From an uncultured Flavobacteriales bacterium (GTDB lineage: Bacteria; Bacteroidota; Bacteroidia; Flavobacteriales_D; Crocinitomicaceae): a stretch of DNA of 64,000 nt. Under the pieces are notes generated by a model. That model saw only the letters and a program-made list of their open reading frames with translations. It was not told the DNA's origin and ran no database searches. Position numbers and translations under genes: made by a program. Location of the stretch: NCBI GenBank assembly GCA_913020765.1, contig CAJWAO010000003.1:64-64063 (forward strand). Direction: 5' to 3'. This document shows, one piece after another, positions 45,335-54,072 of this stretch. The first letter of the stretch is position 1; the number at the start of each line of letters is the position of its first letter.

Positions 45335-47224
45335 TTATGATATTTGTTCGATATTTCTTTCAACGAAATCATTCAATGCCTCTCCTTTTAGCAAGCCTTG
45401 GCTTAAAAGTGCGAGGTCAGTAAGCTGCTTTACCGTCAGTTTTTGTTCCTTTTCCTTTTTGTCAAGTAATGCGCCTACTTTTGGATGGTTTGCATTGACA
45501 ACCAGATGATGCATTTCTGGAAATGCGCCAAACATTCCGCCGCCACCCATACGTTGCTGTTCCATCATTCTTCTCATGAACTCAGGCTGAGTGATAATGA
45601 TTGGGGCCTCATCTTCGGACATAGACTCGAATTGAACCATAAATTTTTCTTTATTTATGTTTCCTTCGAATATCGGCTTTAATTTTTCTTCATCTTCTTT
45701 CGAAAGCTTTGACGGTATATCTTCTGATTTTTTTATAAGCTTGTCTAAAGAATCTGCGTCAACTCTTGAGAATGTCATATTCTCATTCGTCGTTTCTAAT
45801 TTTTGAATCCAATGAGATACAAGTGGTCCATCAAGGTGAAGAACATCGTATCCTCTATCTTTTGCCTTTTTAACAAATGAGAATTGTTCTTCTGCATTGT
45901 TGGTGTATAAACATACCGTTTTGCCGTCTTTATCCTTTTGTAAGGCCTCGATTTTTTCTTTATACTCTTCAATGGTGAAGTATGTACCCTCTGTATTTTT
46001 TAGTAATGAAAAACTTTTTGCTTTTTCAGCAAATTTATCATCCGATAACATCCCATATTGAACAAAAATCTGAAGGTCGTTCCACTTTTCTTCAAAATCT
46101 TTACGGTCTTTCTTGAACATTTTGGCGAGCTTATCAGCAACTTTCTTTGTAATGTGTGATGATATTTTTTTCACATTACTATCACTCTGAAGGTAGGATC
46201 TCGAGACATTTAATGGAATGTCTGGTGAGTCTATTACCCCATGTAAAAGTGTCAAAAATTCAGGAACGATTTCTTCAACATTATCTGTAATGAAAACTTG
46301 ATTCGAGTATAAATTGATTTTGTTTCTCTGAACCTCAACATTCTCCTTAATTTTTGGGAAGTATAGTATTCCTGTCAAATTGAATGGGTAATCTACATTT
46401 AAATGTATGTGAAATAATGGTTCGTCAAATGTCGATGGATAAAGCTCCTTGTAAAATGACGCATATTCTTCGTCACTTAAATCCTTCGGTTTTTTGGTCC
46501 ATGCAGGAGTCGTGTTGTTTACGTAGTTTGGAACTTCAACTGCTACTCTTTTTACCTTTCCATCATCGTCTTTTTCACCTTCAGGAGAATCAATGTATTC
46601 TGTCTTTGTGCCAAATAAAATTGAAACAGGAAGGAATTTACAATACTTATTTAGTATTCCAGAAATACGCTCCTTTTCAAGAAATTCTTTCGATTCCTTT
46701 GTAATATGAAGTACAATTTCTGTTCCGCGCTCGGTTTTATCAATTTCTGTGATCGTAAATTCGGGATCTCCGTTAGATTCCCACTGAATAGCTTGCGATC
46801 CTTCGTGACGTGACAAGGTTTTGATTTGTACCTTATCTGCAACCATAAATGCAGAATAAAAACCTAGCCCAAAATGACCTATGATTTGTTCGGCGCCCTC
46901 TTTTCCTTCATATTTTTTGACAAATTCTTCTGCTCCTGAAAATGCGATTTGATTGATATATTTATCAATCTCCTCTGCTGTCATTCCAATTCCGCGATCC
47001 TTAATCGTAATGGTTTTTTTCTTTTTGTCAAGAATCACCTCAACTTGCAAGTCACCCAGCTCACCTTTATATTCTCCATTAGAGGAAAGAAATTTCAATT
47101 TTTGAGATGCATCAACAGCATTGGATACGAGCTCTCGTAGAAAAATCTCGTGATCCGAGTATAGAAACTTTTTAATTATTGGAAAGATGTTTTCCGTTTG
47201 TACGTTTATATTTCCGGTTTTCAT
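45335..47224 (-). CDS. htpG: Molecular chaperone HtpG (Hsp90)
   Basis: Start at MKTGNINVQTENIF (ATG 47224). Motifs LYS..EIFLRELVSNA.DA, GHFGLGFYSAFMVA, and the typical C-terminal dimerisation region. Confidence 0.9.
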   Translation of the reverse strand: MKTGNINVQTENIFPIIKKFLYSDHEIFLRELVSNAVDASQKLKFLSSNGEYKGELGDLQVEVILDKKKKTITIKDRGIGMTAEEIDKYINQIAFSGAEEFVKKYEGKEGAEQIIGHFGLGFYSAFMVADKVQIKTLSRHEGSQAIQWESNGDPEFTITEIDKTERGTEIVLHITKESKEFLEKERISGILNKYCKFLPVSILFGTKTEYIDSPEGEKDDDGKVKRVAVEVPNYVNNTTPAWTKKPKDLSDEEYASFYKELYPSTFDEPLFHIHLNVDYPFNLTGILYFPKIKENVEVQRNKINLYSNQVFITDNVEEIVPEFLTLLHGVIDSPDIPLNVSRSYLQSDSNVKKISSHITKKVADKLAKMFKKDRKDFEEKWNDLQIFVQYGMLSDDKFAEKAKSFSLLKNTEGTYFTIEEYKEKIEALQKDKDGKTVCLYTNNAEEQFSFVKKAKDRGYDVLHLDGPLVSHWIQKLETTNENMTFSRVDADSLDKLIKKSEDIPSKLSKEDEEKLKPIFEGNINKEKFMVQFESMSEDEAPIIITQPEFMRRMMEQQRMGGGGMFGAFPEMHHLVVNANHPKVGALLDKKEKEQKLTVKQLTDLALLSQGLLKGEALNDFVERNIEQIS

Positions 47225-47350
47225 AATATTGTTTTCGCAGAAATCGCAATAGGTATGCCATTTTAAAAAATGTGACACTTTGTCTTGATTGACAGCAATA
47301 AATTGTCATTTCGACGAAATTCTGGCGTCAAAACTTGTATTTTTGTGCTA

Positions 47351-48682
47351 ATGCCGGTGGTCAACTTTTTATTCCCGATGCTACTGTTTTTTGGAATCGT
47401 CACCCTGATTTCAAAACATAGATTTTTTCAAAATACACCCTTTTCTCACCGCTCATTACAACTAGCATTTTTTCTTCGAATGTCCTCTAGTCTTGTTGTG
47501 TATTATCTTTACTCCGAATACTATACAGAACGTTCAGAAGCGGACACTTTCAAGTATTTTGATGATAGCTATTATATGGCGAAAGCATTTTGGGAACATC
47601 CCTTTGATTTTCTACAAATGCTTTTGGGGATTGATTGTAATACGCCATATTTTCATAACAATTACTTCAATGACATGTCAAATTGGGTTAGGTCTTATGA
47701 CAATGGGCTTCTTAATGATAATCGTTTGGTGATTCGATTTAATGCGTTGATTAGGATTTTTTCATTTGGAAACTACCATGTTCATGCATTGATTTTTAAT
47801 TTGATTGCATTTGTTGGAAGTGTTTCTTTAGCTAAGGTTTTTTATACTGTATCGAAATCAAAACTTAAAAGTTACCTAGCGGTTTTTTTAATTCCGTCTG
47901 TCATTTTTTGGAGTTCAGGAATCTTCAAGGAATCAATATTACTCTTTGCTTTAGGTTTGTTTTTATTTCATTTTTATCAGGTTTGTAAGGGTAAAGGGAG
48001 TGTAAAAAGCAACTTCATTTTATTCTTTACCATGGGTATTTTGATCGTAATGAAACTATATGTCTTTTTAGCTTTTCTTCCAGCTTGTGTATGTTATTTT
48101 CTTGCTAGAAAACAAGAAAATCCAATCTGGGTGTACTTGGGTGGGTATTGCATTTTTATATTTTTTGGGCTGAGTATAGCGGCATTTGTGCCTAAGTATA
48201 GTTTCATACATTTGATAGTAGATAAACAGCGCGATTTCATTAATCTATCACAGTTTTTTGAGGTGAATTCTGCTTTTTCCATGGATTATTTGGAACCAAC
48301 TTTGTGGTCCTTAATTAAGGCAAGTCCTGAGGCAATCCTCAATGTATTTACAAAGCCATGGTTAGGTGAGGTAAATAGTTTGTTGTTTATACCGCCTCTT
48401 TTTGAAAACTTACTTTTATTTGTATTGCTCTTATTGTGCTTTTTATGGCGAAAAAAAATAAGCTCAGATCAAGCTAAGTTCATTTTATTGTGCTTTGCAT
48501 TCACGATTTTAGTGTATTTAATTATTGGTCTTACGACACCGATTACTGGGGCTTTGGTACGTTATAAAATTCCGGCAGCTCCTTTTATTTGGTTTAGTTT
48601 TTTAATGATTTTGAATACTCATAAATTCCCAAAGGGATTGAGAAAAAATAAATTATACCTATGGCTTCATTCATACTTATAA
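47351..48682 (+). CDS. Polytopic integral membrane protein of unknown function (glycosyltransferase-C-like topology possible)
   Basis: About 10 or more hydrophobic segments. The track start is TTG 47285. ATG 47351 is preferred, and a TATTTTTG box ends 5 nt upstream of it, so an even later start is possible. Confidence 0.5.
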   Translation: MPVVNFLFPMLLFFGIVTLISKHRFFQNTPFSHRSLQLAFFLRMSSSLVVYYLYSEYYTERSEADTFKYFDDSYYMAKAFWEHPFDFLQMLLGIDCNTPYFHNNYFNDMSNWVRSYDNGLLNDNRLVIRFNALIRIFSFGNYHVHALIFNLIAFVGSVSLAKVFYTVSKSKLKSYLAVFLIPSVIFWSSGIFKESILLFALGLFLFHFYQVCKGKGSVKSNFILFFTMGILIVMKLYVFLAFLPACVCYFLARKQENPIWVYLGGYCIFIFFGLSIAAFVPKYSFIHLIVDKQRDFINLSQFFEVNSAFSMDYLEPTLWSLIKASPEAILNVFTKPWLGEVNSLLFIPPLFENLLLFVLLLLCFLWRKKISSDQAKFILLCFAFTILVYLIIGLTTPITGALVRYKIPAAPFIWFSFLMILNTHKFPKGLRKNKLYLWLHSYL

Positions 48683-49419
48683 CAGGCGCGAGCTCCGGTT
48701 TTGGAGCGGCCACTGCCAAATTATTTGCATCTAAAGGTTACGGACTTGTTCTAATGGCTCGCCGTAAAGATAAATTAGAGGATTTGGTTCAAGATCTTTC
48801 AGAGCATATTGAAGCACATATATTGGTTGCCGACGTAAGGGATGAGGAAGTGGTTAGAAGCGCTATAAATAGCCTTCCTGAGCACGTTAAAACGTCATTA
48901 TCTATTTTGGTCAATAATGCGGGTTTGGCAGTGGGTAAAGGTCCAATAGACAGTGGCTTGATTGAAGATTGGGACCGAATGATAGATACTAATGTCAAAG
49001 GACTATTGTATGTTTCAAGGGCCGTTATTCCATTGCTTAAAGCAAATAATAAAGGACATATTATAAATATAGCAAGTATTGCTGGCAAAGAGGTTTACCC
49101 TGGAGGTAACGTCTATTGCGCAACGAAACACGCTGTAGATGCGCTGTCTAGGGCGATGAGAATAGACCTTATAAATCATAACATCAAGGTCAGTAATCTA
49201 GCGCCAGGTGCTGCTGAAACTGAATTTTCAATTGTTCGATTTAAAGGAAACGAAGCTCAAGCAAAATCTGTGTATGATGGTTATTCGCCACTTGTCGCTC
49301 AGGATATTGCAGAGACTTTATGGTTTATGTGTTCAAGACCAGAACATGTAAATGTCAATGACATAACACTTATGGCAAGTGCTCAAGCCTCAGCAGCAGT
49401 ATTCGCAGAGAAAGAATAG
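48661..49419 (+). CDS. SDR family NAD(P)-dependent oxidoreductase (YdfG-like)
   Basis: Motifs ITGASSGFG, NNAG, and the catalytic YCATKHAV. Confidence 0.8.
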   Translation: MASFILITGASSGFGAATAKLFASKGYGLVLMARRKDKLEDLVQDLSEHIEAHILVADVRDEEVVRSAINSLPEHVKTSLSILVNNAGLAVGKGPIDSGLIEDWDRMIDTNVKGLLYVSRAVIPLLKANNKGHIINIASIAGKEVYPGGNVYCATKHAVDALSRAMRIDLINHNIKVSNLAPGAAETEFSIVRFKGNEAQAKSVYDGYSPLVAQDIAETLWFMCSRPEHVNVNDITLMASAQASAAVFAEKE

Positions 49420-49423
49420 GCTG

Positions 49424-49864
49424 TTATTCTATTCGTTTCCAGACAAAGTTATTTGTATCGTTACTTTGTTCGGAAATTAGTTGGATTTTTCCATCACCTA
49501 GAGAAAGGAGTGTTAAGAAATTCTCCCTCGCCCCTTCAATGGCTTCATCTTTATCTAAAATTAAGACCAGATCACATGTTCCTTCCTCTTTGGAAGATGG
49601 GCGGTCAGAAAATTTCATTTCTCTTTTTTTGCCCATGATATTCATGGTTATTTTTCCTTTCTGAATTTTTAGGGTAATTTCTTCCATTTGTTTTTTAACT
49701 TCTTCAGGAATTTCTTGATCTGCTGAGGCAAGTCCTTTTTCAATCATAATTTGATTGGTCCCGTCAAAATCTAGGTGGTAAGAACCTTTATAAGGAGCAA
49801 CGTGTTTTTGTGTAAATCCTAGACCAATAAATAGGAAATTGAGTATAAGTAGTTTGTATTTCAT
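49424..49864 (-). CDS. Hypothetical secreted protein
   Basis: 146 aa with signal peptide ..GLGFT|QK. No recognised motif. Confidence 0.45.
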   Translation of the reverse strand: MKYKLLILNFLFIGLGFTQKHVAPYKGSYHLDFDGTNQIMIEKGLASADQEIPEEVKKQMEEITLKIQKGKITMNIMGKKREMKFSDRPSSKEEGTCDLVLILDKDEAIEGARENFLTLLSLGDGKIQLISEQSNDTNNFVWKRIE

Positions 49865-49915
49865 GTTCCTAAGATAATAAAATGTAAGAGAAATAAGTAT
49901 ACGAATTTAGCATAT

Positions 49916-49943
49916 AAAAAAAGCCCGTTTTATTGGGCTTTTT
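49916..49943 (-). terminator. Terminator hairpin downstream of tRNA-Cys; looks bidirectional
   Basis: Stem aagccc (49921-49926) / gggctt (49935-49940) with an 8-nt loop, flanked by an A-run (49916-49922) and a T-run (49939-49943). Confidence 0.55.
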
Positions 49944-49944
49944 G

Positions 49945-50016
49945 AGGTCTCGAGCGGATTCGAACCGCTGTAACCGGTTTTGCAGACCGGTGCCTAAGCC
50001 ACTCGGCCACGAGACC
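49945..50016 (-). tRNA. tRNA-Cys (anticodon GCA)
   Basis: Acceptor GGTCTCG/CGAGACC, anticodon arm CCGGT-CTGCAAA-ACCGG, T-arm AGCGG-TTCGAAT-CCGCT, discriminator U. Confidence 0.9.
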
Positions 50017-50182
50017 CTTTTTCTTAAGCGAGCCAAAAATACAAAATTTCACAGAACCACTCAAAACTATTCTACTTTGATTAACCTTTTATTAATAAAG
50101 TTCCCATGTTATACTGAATCGCAAATGGAATTCGCAACTAAGTAGATATCTTCATTAATGATTTTATACAGGAATTAAAAAT

Positions 50183-52561
50183 TCATTTTTTCACAACTGG
50201 TATTGCAGTCCTCTTTGAATTATGTTCAAATACGATGTAATACATGCCAGATTCAATATTGGATAGAACCACCTCAACCACCCCGCTTTGAGCAATATTT
50301 TTGATTATTATCTTTCCGTCTATACTTATGAGACTGTATTTTGTGTTGATTGGAAGCGCAACTTGAATTTTATCTTCAAAGGGATTTGGCCAAATTTTTA
50401 TCACATATTCTAGTTCATTCAATGCGGAGCAGTTTTCAACCGTGATTTCCTGAATTTCGGAAGAAACACAACCTTCATTATCATAAGAGTAACTAATCTC
50501 ATGGATTCCAATGCCTGAAATATTTGGGTAAAATATATTTCCATTTATACCAATGCCATCAAAAACACCTCCTACGGGCATTGCTTCTAAAATTATTTCT
50601 GCCGATGTATCACATAGTATTGTATTGGTCAATTCAAAATCAATAGGATGGTATGCACCTATAGTTAACTCGAGAGTGGCTGTGTCGGGGCAGCTTCCAG
50701 TCGTGTAATGAATAATTGTGTATGTGCCCTGTTCAGATAGATTTGTGTTAATGATTCCGGTAATTGTATCGAGGCTCAATCCTGATTCACCGACGTAATA
50801 ACCTATTTCTGTATTATCATTATCGATAAATCCATCTCCGATGCACAATATGGACGAGCCATAGTCAAATAGCGCTTGATTTATAGGATTCAAAAGAATA
50901 TTAATAGAATCGGAGTTAATGGAGTAACAAGCATTGCTATTCGTGTAATTCAAGAATAAGAGACCGGCAGAGGTTATCATAACACTGTCTTCCGTTGAAA
51001 TGGGTTCATTGTCAAGGAGCCAAGTAAAAGAACCGCCAGATTGGTCGGATGTCACATAAAAATCAGTTCCTTCACAAAGAGTCAAGGAGTCTGAATTGAC
51101 ATTTAATGTAACGTTATTTACAGGGAGGCCAAAACTAATTTCGTAATGGTTAAATGCATTACAGGATAGATTCTGGTTTGATGTTGGACTCACAGCTAAG
51201 GCATAGGTGCCGATAGGCAGTTCTGCTGAAAGTGTATTTGGCTCACAAGCGTTAAATGATGATGAAGCAACAACTTGGGGAATATTACAGTTTGCGATAT
51301 TGAATACTTCAAGTTTGATTGGGAATTCTGAAATTTCCATGATGGTTAGCGTCCCGGGATCATTGATTGTAAATCGGTACCAATCAAAATCTTTGATCCC
51401 GTTTTGTACGGTAGCGCTACCATATACACTTTCACCACAGCTGACATCTTGATAGGTTGGCTCCAATACAAAACACCCTCCGTTTTCATTTTCTCCACAA
51501 ACTTCAGTTTCAATAGTGCTATTTATTCCAGGTGAAATTGTACATGGCTCAAATGCTTCTACACAAATTGTAAAATCCATGGTATTCGGAATCCAGTCAT
51601 TCCAATCATATACGCGGATATGGTAGTTGTTACCGACTATCAAATTATTGGTTATCGTGGCTTCTTCTTCACCCTCATATCCATTATTGATACATGCAAC
51701 AGAATTTAAGTTTGCACACGTGCCACTGTAAATTTCTACAACTGCATCTAGCTCAACCGATCCAAGAAGTTCGATATTTGCTGCATTCGCCGTTGCTGTA
51801 AAGGTATACCAAACATCATTGTTCGCTATTCCATCGCATCCAGGTATCGATTCAGTTGCAACTTGAAGATTTCCGTTCTCTGGTGTGCATGTAGCTGAAT
51901 GAGCTAGCTCAATTGCTGTTTCGCAATTATCGTTTTCTGGAGCAGGAAGCGAAGAATAGTAAGTGAAAGCATCAATACCAATGTAGTTGGAGTTGCTTCC
52001 TCCTGGCCCTCCATCGGGCACAAAGTATCGAAAGGCTATTCTTCCATTTACTGGGCCATTTAGGCCTGAAATAAGGATAGTGTATTGTGTCCAATTTGCT
52101 GGGTAGCCAGTGGAGCTTAGGTCGGGATTAATACTTAAGAGTAGGGTTGAGAAATCTCCGACATCCTCGGATGAAAATCCCGTATACATTGAGTTCCCTT
52201 CCGTACTCATTCGAACCTCCAATCTGTCTGGGAATACAGGGGTAAAATTTATCCTACGCGAATAGAAAGTAATGACATCTCCATTGTTAAATGTTCTTGA
52301 TGGAGATACGGCCCAATTACTGAGCGTTACGGGTACCGACGAATATGAACTTTCATACCCAACACCCAGGAATGACAATCCGTCATAGGCATTGAAATTA
52401 TTTGTATTTCCACTTCCCCAACTGTCTCCCGGCGAATCACTATTGTTTATAAAATACCAATCACTTAAGCTATTTAAGTCCTCAAAATCCTCAAAGAAGG
52501 TTTGGCTGTAATTAACGAAGGACCATAAAGAAAATAAAACGAATGTTAATTTATAGCGCAT
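50183..52561 (-). CDS. Secreted multidomain protein (choice-of-anchor-J/MAM-like N-terminus, two Cys-containing PPC-like modules, Ig-like region) with a T9SS type A sorting domain
   Basis: Signal ..VNYS|QT. FFEDFED.....DW...N N-terminus. NDNCE.AIEL....DVWYTFTA module. C-terminus IKIWPNPFEDKIQV...ESGMYYIVF. Confidence 0.7.
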   Translation of the reverse strand: MRYKLTFVLFSLWSFVNYSQTFFEDFEDLNSLSDWYFINNSDSPGDSWGSGNTNNFNAYDGLSFLGVGYESSYSSVPVTLSNWAVSPSRTFNNGDVITFYSRRINFTPVFPDRLEVRMSTEGNSMYTGFSSEDVGDFSTLLLSINPDLSSTGYPANWTQYTILISGLNGPVNGRIAFRYFVPDGGPGGSNSNYIGIDAFTYYSSLPAPENDNCETAIELAHSATCTPENGNLQVATESIPGCDGIANNDVWYTFTATANAANIELLGSVELDAVVEIYSGTCANLNSVACINNGYEGEEEATITNNLIVGNNYHIRVYDWNDWIPNTMDFTICVEAFEPCTISPGINSTIETEVCGENENGGCFVLEPTYQDVSCGESVYGSATVQNGIKDFDWYRFTINDPGTLTIMEISEFPIKLEVFNIANCNIPQVVASSSFNACEPNTLSAELPIGTYALAVSPTSNQNLSCNAFNHYEISFGLPVNNVTLNVNSDSLTLCEGTDFYVTSDQSGGSFTWLLDNEPISTEDSVMITSAGLLFLNYTNSNACYSINSDSINILLNPINQALFDYGSSILCIGDGFIDNDNTEIGYYVGESGLSLDTITGIINTNLSEQGTYTIIHYTTGSCPDTATLELTIGAYHPIDFELTNTILCDTSAEIILEAMPVGGVFDGIGINGNIFYPNISGIGIHEISYSYDNEGCVSSEIQEITVENCSALNELEYVIKIWPNPFEDKIQVALPINTKYSLISIDGKIIIKNIAQSGVVEVVLSNIESGMYYIVFEHNSKRTAIPVVKK

Positions 52562-52566
52562 TCAGA

Positions 52567-53874
52567 TTATTGAATCAATTCAAATCTCGTTGCTTTTGAA
52601 GAGACTCCACTTTTCGTTTGCAGCTGAATAATATAGCTTCCATTTTCAAACTTGGTCAAATCTATATTGGATCCATTTTGAATTCCATCAAGATACATTA
52701 GCTCTTTACCTTGAATATTGAAAATACGAATTGTATTAAATTCATAGTCCGAGTCAATAGAGATTATGCCTTGAGATGGATTGGGATATATTTTGAAATT
52801 TACCTCGTTCACCTCCAATAGATCCACAGATTCGCAAATCTCATCCACGGGTGTACCGTCACAGTAGTTAATGGAATATAAAATAGCCTCTTCGCTTGGC
52901 GGATTTTCGGGTTGTAAGGGTGTTTCATTGCAACCTAATTGAAGCACCAGGAAGTCTCGGATGAAATTTACTGTTAAATTCATTAATGCAGCATCTCCGG
53001 CATAAGGCACATGACCCTCTCCCTCATAAGTGTAGAAATATTCTTCAATACCAATTGCACAAGCACGTTCATGGAGCATTCTACTACCATCTAAGTACAT
53101 GAGTGGAATACCGGGGTTTACAATCCCTCTGTTGTAGGTAACTGTACCGTCATTTGTTCCGTGAAACGAACATAAAGGAATATCTCCGGCTTCCATCCAG
53201 CTATATCTTGCAAGTGCACCACAGCCATTAATCACACCATGTACATTCGATGAGTAGCCAGGATTTCCACTTGTACCCTCAATTCCTCCCATGGATTGAA
53301 TGGTAGATTCATTGAGATAATCTTCAATTTCGCATGCATCATCTAAATACCCTACATGAAGGGCAGTGATTGCACCTGCGGAGCTACCACCGATAAAAAT
53401 TTTGTTGGTATCAATTTTATAGTTGTTTGCAGTTTGCTTGTCTTTATAAAAGAAACGTATGGCAGCTCTTAAGTCTTGTGTTGCCCGAACCACCGCTTTT
53501 ACTGCATTTGCTGAGTCAATTGGAAAGAACCCAAGACGGTAGTTGATTGAGGCACACGCATATCCTTTTTTTGCAAATCTCTTTGAAAACTGCACCATGT
53601 CGTAGTCTGTCTTGTCTCCACCAATAAAGCTACCACCATGAACCCATATCAATAAGGGGCGTTCAGTTTCCGTATCACCCTGGGGCTCATAAAAATCCAT
53701 TTTCAGCGTGTATTGTCCACCAGTCCAAGTTGAATTTTGTCCAAACTCAATATCAGATGTCAAATCGAAGTCACTAAATACGTCGCTCGCATATCTACCG
53801 TCAGTACATGGTGATTGCGCATTTGCGTTCAGGATAAAACAAAGGGTAAGTGTCGAAAGGAGTAATTTTTTCAT
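52567..53874 (-). CDS. Alpha/beta hydrolase (carboxylesterase/lipase-like) with a T9SS type A sorting domain
   Basis: Start at MKKLLLSTLTL (ATG 53874). Oxyanion-hole HGGSFIGG and nucleophile elbow GGSSAGA. C-terminus FKIYPNPSQGIISI...NGSYIIQL. Confidence 0.75.
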   Translation of the reverse strand: MKKLLLSTLTLCFILNANAQSPCTDGRYASDVFSDFDLTSDIEFGQNSTWTGGQYTLKMDFYEPQGDTETERPLLIWVHGGSFIGGDKTDYDMVQFSKRFAKKGYACASINYRLGFFPIDSANAVKAVVRATQDLRAAIRFFYKDKQTANNYKIDTNKIFIGGSSAGAITALHVGYLDDACEIEDYLNESTIQSMGGIEGTSGNPGYSSNVHGVINGCGALARYSWMEAGDIPLCSFHGTNDGTVTYNRGIVNPGIPLMYLDGSRMLHERACAIGIEEYFYTYEGEGHVPYAGDAALMNLTVNFIRDFLVLQLGCNETPLQPENPPSEEAILYSINYCDGTPVDEICESVDLLEVNEVNFKIYPNPSQGIISIDSDYEFNTIRIFNIQGKELMYLDGIQNGSNIDLTKFENGSYIIQLQTKSGVSSKATRFELIQ

Positions 53875-54072
53875 GATATATGTATAGTTTATTTTAGTGT
53901 TGCAGAGCACTTTACAAGCGATAAATAGCTTTATTTTTCGATTTTAACAATCGCATTCAACCTTAGTAAGATTGAAAAATATGATGCACCAGCTGGTTCT
54001 CCATAAATATATTAATTATTAACCTAACATGATATAAATCAAAAACAATTCATATGTGATTTGTAATATGAA

